This document shows positions 59,966-64,000 of a stretch of DNA of 64,000 nucleotides, one piece after another; the stretch's first letter is position 1, and the number at the start of each line of letters is the position of its first letter. Under the pieces are notes generated by a model. The model saw only the letters and a program-made list of their open reading frames with translations, was not told the DNA's origin and did no database searches. The stretch comes from Acidobacteriaceae bacterium (lineage in GTDB: Bacteria > Acidobacteriota > Terriglobia > Terriglobales > Acidobacteriaceae), in assembly GCA_003151985.1 (NCBI GenBank), contig PLZC01000183.1:13517-77516 (forward strand), given 5' to 3'. The position numbers and the translations under genes were made by a program.

Positions 59966-59994
59966 ATAATAGTCATGGGCCTCCCGACCGTCAA
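59966..59994 (-). promoter_or_regulatory. Sigma70 promoter for mannosidase-ROK-GmhA operon
   Basis: TTGACG (59994-59989), 17-bp spacer, TATTAT (59971-59966) on minus strand. Confidence 0.65.
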
Positions 59995-60156
59995 GCTGTC
60001 ATCAATCCTGGCCAATCAAACTGCATGTCACATCTCCAGCGCCCTAAGTCATATTACTTAGGATCCGAGTTATGTTCCAACCTGCTTCTGTTACTCAGGA
60101 ATACCGAATGAGTCTTCCTTGTATCCGGGCATAACTAACCCCAGCGTGAAAGCGAC

Positions 60157-61254
60157 TTACTGAAAACACTCATCCGAAGAAGTCTTTGCTTGACGGATCC
60201 CGATTACGCTTAACATGCGCCCGGCGCGCCCTTGGGACCCGCGATGAGAGAAGAACAAATCGGTATTGCAGCTTGTGCAGCCGCCAACCACCCTGATGGA
60301 ACGTTCTTTGAGTCCGGCTGCCAGCAACTGCCGGCGGTTGGCTTCCACCAGGTTCAAATGCAGGCTGGGCCCAATGGGCGAGTGGCCCGGTGCGCGCTGA
60401 GTCAGAAACAGCATCGGATATTTAGTACGAACCGCATCGGTTTCATGAACCTCGCGAAAGAGATCGTTGGAGTATAAAAACTGGGACTCGAAGCTGGAAA
60501 GCACCTCCTCGCCGACCGCGTAGCAGCAAGCGCCAATGCCGGGGCCGATCGCAGCCAACAGGTCCCCAGGCCTGGAGCCAAATTCCAGGTGCATCCGGCC
60601 GATACCCTTCTCCACGATTCGTTCCACCGTTCCCCGCCATCCGGCGTGAAAGGCCGCCACTGCCCTCCGCTTGCGGTCAGCAACAAGCACGGGGATGCAG
60701 TCCGCGGTCTGCACGCCTAAAAGCAGGCCGGGCTCCGCGGTCATCAGGCCATCGGCCTTCAAAGGCGTTTCCCTGGCTGCATCTTCGCGGTTGGCAACAA
60801 CCAAAACTGTGGAATGGAACTGCCGGATGGTCACCAGCGGCGTGGCAGTTTCTCCCGTAATCGCCTCCACCAACAGGCCCCGGTTCCGAACCACCGCTCC
60901 CCGGTCATCGTCGGCCGTAAAGCCAAGATTCAGCTCCCCGGGAACCCCGTCCGCGCAATAAGCTCGGCTGGCGCCGCCTCGCCGGGTGCTGAATCCATGC
61001 CAAAGCCAACCGGTCTTTTCCCAACCCGGCACTGCCAGCCACTCCGCGCCATTCGAAGCCACATGGGGAACAGGCGGCCGCTGCAACAGCTCCTCCTGCG
61101 CAACTCGCTCAAACCGCACCCGGCGCAGGACACCCGTGTTGCCCGCCCGCCGGTTGCGAACCAAGCCTGCCCCCTCAAAAAGGGCGTCAATTCTCTGGAT
61201 CTCTGCTTGAACTTTTGAATCGCGCGCGGGGACTGAAGGGAATCGTGAGGCCAT
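60157..61254 (-). CDS. pgeF: YfiH/PgeF family protein (peptidoglycan editing factor / purine nucleoside enzyme)
   Basis: HGFSTR, QFHS, ADGLMT, TADCIP, FHAGWRG, IGPGIG..CY.VG, FFSHR...GRM. Confidence 0.9.
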   Translation of the reverse strand: MASRFPSVPARDSKVQAEIQRIDALFEGAGLVRNRRAGNTGVLRRVRFERVAQEELLQRPPVPHVASNGAEWLAVPGWEKTGWLWHGFSTRRGGASRAYCADGVPGELNLGFTADDDRGAVVRNRGLLVEAITGETATPLVTIRQFHSTVLVVANREDAARETPLKADGLMTAEPGLLLGVQTADCIPVLVADRKRRAVAAFHAGWRGTVERIVEKGIGRMHLEFGSRPGDLLAAIGPGIGACCYAVGEEVLSSFESQFLYSNDLFREVHETDAVRTKYPMLFLTQRAPGHSPIGPSLHLNLVEANRRQLLAAGLKERSIRVVGGCTSCNTDLFFSHRGSQGRAGRMLSVIGIRQAKTSSDECFQ

Positions 61255-61624
61255 CTCAATTCGATTTTACGTGCGGGGTGCAGGAAAGCGGCCAGAAAGA
61301 GTTTGGCCTGCCTTCCGGCAGGCCATTGAGAGGCATTGGGGGGAGGGGGTCCAGGAGGGAGGTTTGAGAAGAGGTCCAAAATCGGACCTTCAAGAAGGAG
61401 TGGGTACCTTACTTGGGAGGGACATGTTACGAGGAAGCCTCTGCTAATTACTTGTTTAGATGTTCGAACAGCAAAAAGGTTGCTCCCCTCTCACTTTGGC
61501 GACGCTGATCTTGCCCCGGCAGACTTTCTTTGTACTGCTAAACCGTTACCTATCAGATACTTCCCATGCTAACAGACACAACAATGGGTTGCATAAATTG
61601 CTGGGAATTGGCACTCTATAAGCT

Positions 61625-62254
61625 GTGAAGCGATGGCACTACGTGGTCCTGTTGGGCCTTGGAGTTCTGGGAATCGTCTACGTCTACCTGCATCGGCAGG
61701 AACTTGGGCTCACTGGATCCCGCAGTCCTTCAACCCGTGAAAGCTCCAACCTCGCACTCACCAGCCTTCCCTCCCGCCCTGTTCCAATCACCTGGGCTAC
61801 GATCAATCGGCCAAACGACGGCTTCAAGGTGGAAATGCCCACCGACGTCAAGGAGATCCAGATTCCGGCTTATAACGAGAGTGGGGGGACGGATGAAGTC
61901 AACATGATTTTCTCCAATCCGGACGCCGAAACCACCTTTTCAGTATCATGGGCAGACGACCCACCCGTGGTCCGAGTCAACGGTCGAGCCCCGGAACGGG
62001 TGCTGACCATGGCCCGGGATGAGGCGCTGGCGCGTACGCAGACATCGCTTGTGACCGAGACAAAGAGTTCCCCGGAGGGTTTTACCGCACGGGACATTTT
62101 GGCCCGTAACGCCGGCGGTGGTGTACTGGATACCCGGTTACTTTATGCCGGTGAGCGCATGTATATGCTGACAGCCGCATTCCCGTCGATGAATGCCCGC
62201 AGGGAGCAGGATGTAATCCGCTTCTACAATTCCTTCAAGGTCATCCGGAACTAA
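61625..62254 (+). CDS. Membrane-anchored hypothetical protein
   Basis: N-terminal TM segment; DGFKVEMP and C-terminal RFYNSFK suggest a PsbP/Mog1-like fold; followed by a hairpin. Confidence 0.7.
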   Translation: MKRWHYVVLLGLGVLGIVYVYLHRQELGLTGSRSPSTRESSNLALTSLPSRPVPITWATINRPNDGFKVEMPTDVKEIQIPAYNESGGTDEVNMIFSNPDAETTFSVSWADDPPVVRVNGRAPERVLTMARDEALARTQTSLVTETKSSPEGFTARDILARNAGGGVLDTRLLYAGERMYMLTAAFPSMNARREQDVIRFYNSFKVIRN

Positions 62255-62266
62255 TCCAGGAAATGG

Positions 62267-62292
62267 GGGCGCGGCTAACCAACACCGCGCCC
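62267..62292. terminator. Hairpin between convergent genes
   Basis: GGGCGCGG-N10-CCGCGCCC between stops at 62254 and 62318. Confidence 0.55.
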
Positions 62293-62317
62293 TTCAAAGT
62301 GACCTTCCGCCCGAACT

Positions 62318-63610
62318 TTACTTCTTCGGAACATCTTCCTGCGTTACCGCCGGTCCCTCGCCAGGGAACGGCCAATTCTTTTCGATTAGAATTTCCTTCT
62401 CGCGCTGTTCCGCGGGCACCTTGTTGATCTTCAGGTTCTCGTAGAAATGCACTCCCGTCTTTCCGGCCGTCGCGATATCGATGTCGCCATCTCCATCCAG
62501 GTCTTCGGTCACAAACTGCGTTCCCGCGCCTGCAGTCCCATTCACAGAGATCGGGAAGCGAGTGAATTCGCCCGTCTTGCGGTTGATCTTGTAGTAGTAA
62601 ATGACCAGGGGATCGTAGGACCCTGCGTCATGGCCGTTGTGGCCGCGGTAGCGCTTGCCTACCAGCAGTTCCTGTTCGCCGTCCCCGTCCAGATCCACCA
62701 TCTTCATCGCGTGCGACTGAGACCACGACTCGTCGATGATATGCTCGACCCATTTGCGGCTGGCGCCATCGCCCTGCTGTTCCAGCCAGTAGAGTCCGTA
62801 GCTGTGGCCTTGGCCGAAGATGATGTCCGTCTTGCCGTTGTTCAACACGTCGTAGCCGATAATCGGGAATCCCGTGTCGCCCAGGTGAAAATCAGGGTGC
62901 CATTCCCACTGGTCCTTGTTGGCGTCGATCTGGCGGAACCAGCCGGTGGTGGCAATAATGTCGGGCTTGCCGTCGCCGTCAATGTCCGCAACGCCCACGC
63001 CGTGTCCATCCTGCTCAGGGCCGCCCACATGATGCGCTACAGGCTGGGCGCCGGAGAAGTCGATCCACAGAATTCCCGAATGCTCGTAGTGCGAAAACAC
63101 CAGGTCGGGCTTGCCGTCGCCGTTGATGTCAGCCATGGCGCCGCCCTCGGTGTTGTAGCTGTCAGTAATGAAATGCCGCTTCCATTCCGCGCCCAGCTTT
63201 TTCGGATTCTCATACCAAACAACGCCGTTGATCATCCAACTGGCAGTCACCACGTCCGGTGCGCCATCGTGGTTCACGTCGATGGTCCATTCGCCGCAAT
63301 CGGACACAAACTCGCCCAAATATCCGGCCTGGCGATACTGGTGCCGCTTCCACTCCCCGCCTTGCGGTCCGGGATTCTCATACCAATACGCGCCGCTCAG
63401 AATGTCGGGCCTGCCGTCGCCGTTCATGTCCAATGTGGTAATGGCCTCGGCGTGATCGGTGCCCAGCCGGTGGACGGTGAAAATCGCCTGCTCCACGCCG
63501 CCAGGGCCCGCGCCACGGGTTTGCTTGCGGTCGGCGCCGCCCTCAAGTTGCGCCAGTGCCGGAACGGAAAGAGCAAGCAGCACAATTGCTGCGGAAAATT
63601 TCACTTTCAT
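62318..63610 (-). CDS. Secreted FG-GAP/VCBS repeat protein
   Basis: Signal peptide from ATG 63610; DMNGDGRPDI, DINGDGKPDL, DLDGDGDIDI repeats. Confidence 0.88.
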   Translation of the reverse strand: MKVKFSAAIVLLALSVPALAQLEGGADRKQTRGAGPGGVEQAIFTVHRLGTDHAEAITTLDMNGDGRPDILSGAYWYENPGPQGGEWKRHQYRQAGYLGEFVSDCGEWTIDVNHDGAPDVVTASWMINGVVWYENPKKLGAEWKRHFITDSYNTEGGAMADINGDGKPDLVFSHYEHSGILWIDFSGAQPVAHHVGGPEQDGHGVGVADIDGDGKPDIIATTGWFRQIDANKDQWEWHPDFHLGDTGFPIIGYDVLNNGKTDIIFGQGHSYGLYWLEQQGDGASRKWVEHIIDESWSQSHAMKMVDLDGDGEQELLVGKRYRGHNGHDAGSYDPLVIYYYKINRKTGEFTRFPISVNGTAGAGTQFVTEDLDGDGDIDIATAGKTGVHFYENLKINKVPAEQREKEILIEKNWPFPGEGPAVTQEDVPKK

Positions 63611-63651
63611 TGTTCGTCTCCTCGATTTGCTTCTGTGTTGCTCCCCAGCCA

Positions 63652-64000
63652 TTACTTCAGCAGGAACAGCTTGATGTTGCGGTAAAAAACCTCTGCGCCT
63701 TCTGACTGGAAAAGAATCTTCCCGCTCGATGGGAAGGCATCCGTCCCTTCGTTGGCCAGCTTGCCGTTTACGTATTGCCACACATGCCCGTCGCGGTTCA
63801 CCAGCTCCACGACATTCCATTCCCCATGCGGCCTTTCCAGCTCGTTTGTCGGGTCTCGATAGCCGGCGACGTTCTTGACTTCGCCCTTGTTGAAGCGGTC
63901 GATTTTCTTTGCGCTGTCCGGCGGTCCTGTCACGCGCGTCCCGTTCTTGCCTGTGATCGCCGCCCCGTCCGTCATCCAGAAGTCGCCGGTGCAGCCCTCG
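63652..64000 (-). CDS. DUF1080 (3-keto-disaccharide hydrolase-like) protein, partial, continues beyond window
   Basis: EGCTGDFW, GEWNVVEL, YVNGKLAN, GKILFQSEGAEVFYRNIKL. Confidence 0.85.
   Translation of the reverse strand, partial: EGCTGDFWMTDGAAITGKNGTRVTGPPDSAKKIDRFNKGEVKNVAGYRDPTNELERPHGEWNVVELVNRDGHVWQYVNGKLANEGTDAFPSSGKILFQSEGAEVFYRNIKLFLLK

Noticed and set aside
61255-61624. G-rich tract and 370-bp intergenic region as a possible ncRNA or G-quadruplex
   Set aside because: No recognisable RNA family motif or convincing stem; it is adequately explained as a divergent promoter region
1-64000. tRNA, rRNA, integrase, transposase, prophage or defence genes
   Set aside because: None was recognised in the sequence or the ORF track

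Overview
This is a GC-rich chromosomal window of an Acidobacteriota-like bacterium, judged from Oar-type TonB receptors, TPR-CRTAC1 pairs, DUF1080/FG-GAP genes and palindromic intergenic repeats. It has six blocks. (1) 1-13.7 kb: an Oar-type TonB receptor, a secreted enzyme with two complete GH5 domains, TPR and CRTAC1/ASPIC-UnbV genes, a collapsed pseudogene remnant resembling a DUF6603-type cluster, and a FucP-like transporter. (2) 13.7-29.8 kb: a minus-strand cobamide salvage operon (cobU-cbiA-btuF-btuB-btuC-btuD-cobT-cobS-cobC-pduO-cobQ plus a second, Oar-type receptor) with two cobalamin riboswitches and no cbiB or ring-synthesis genes. (3) 30-35.5 kb: exported glycosidases (clan GH-A, GH2, GH37-like). 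(4) 35.5-42.5 kb: lutABC, rhamnose isomerase, a regulator and rhamnulokinase. (5) 42.5-60 kb: a minus-strand sugar locus (GH2 mannosidase-like, ROK, GmhA-like SIS, UroD/MtaA-family protein, atypical GH2, ROK, double-SIS, MFS) interrupted by DUF5996 and 7xPAS-GGDEF-EAL genes. (6) 60-64 kb: pgeF, a hypothetical gene, FG-GAP and DUF1080 genes. Four copies of a palindromic REP/MITE-like family occur, one apparently nested. The best candidates for undescribed biology are the GH2-ROK-GmhA-UroD sugar locus, the REP-targeting MITE, the second receptor and doubly coupled mini-ORF in the B12 operon, and the DUF6603-type remnant. All family assignments come from motif recognition by eye, not from database searches.
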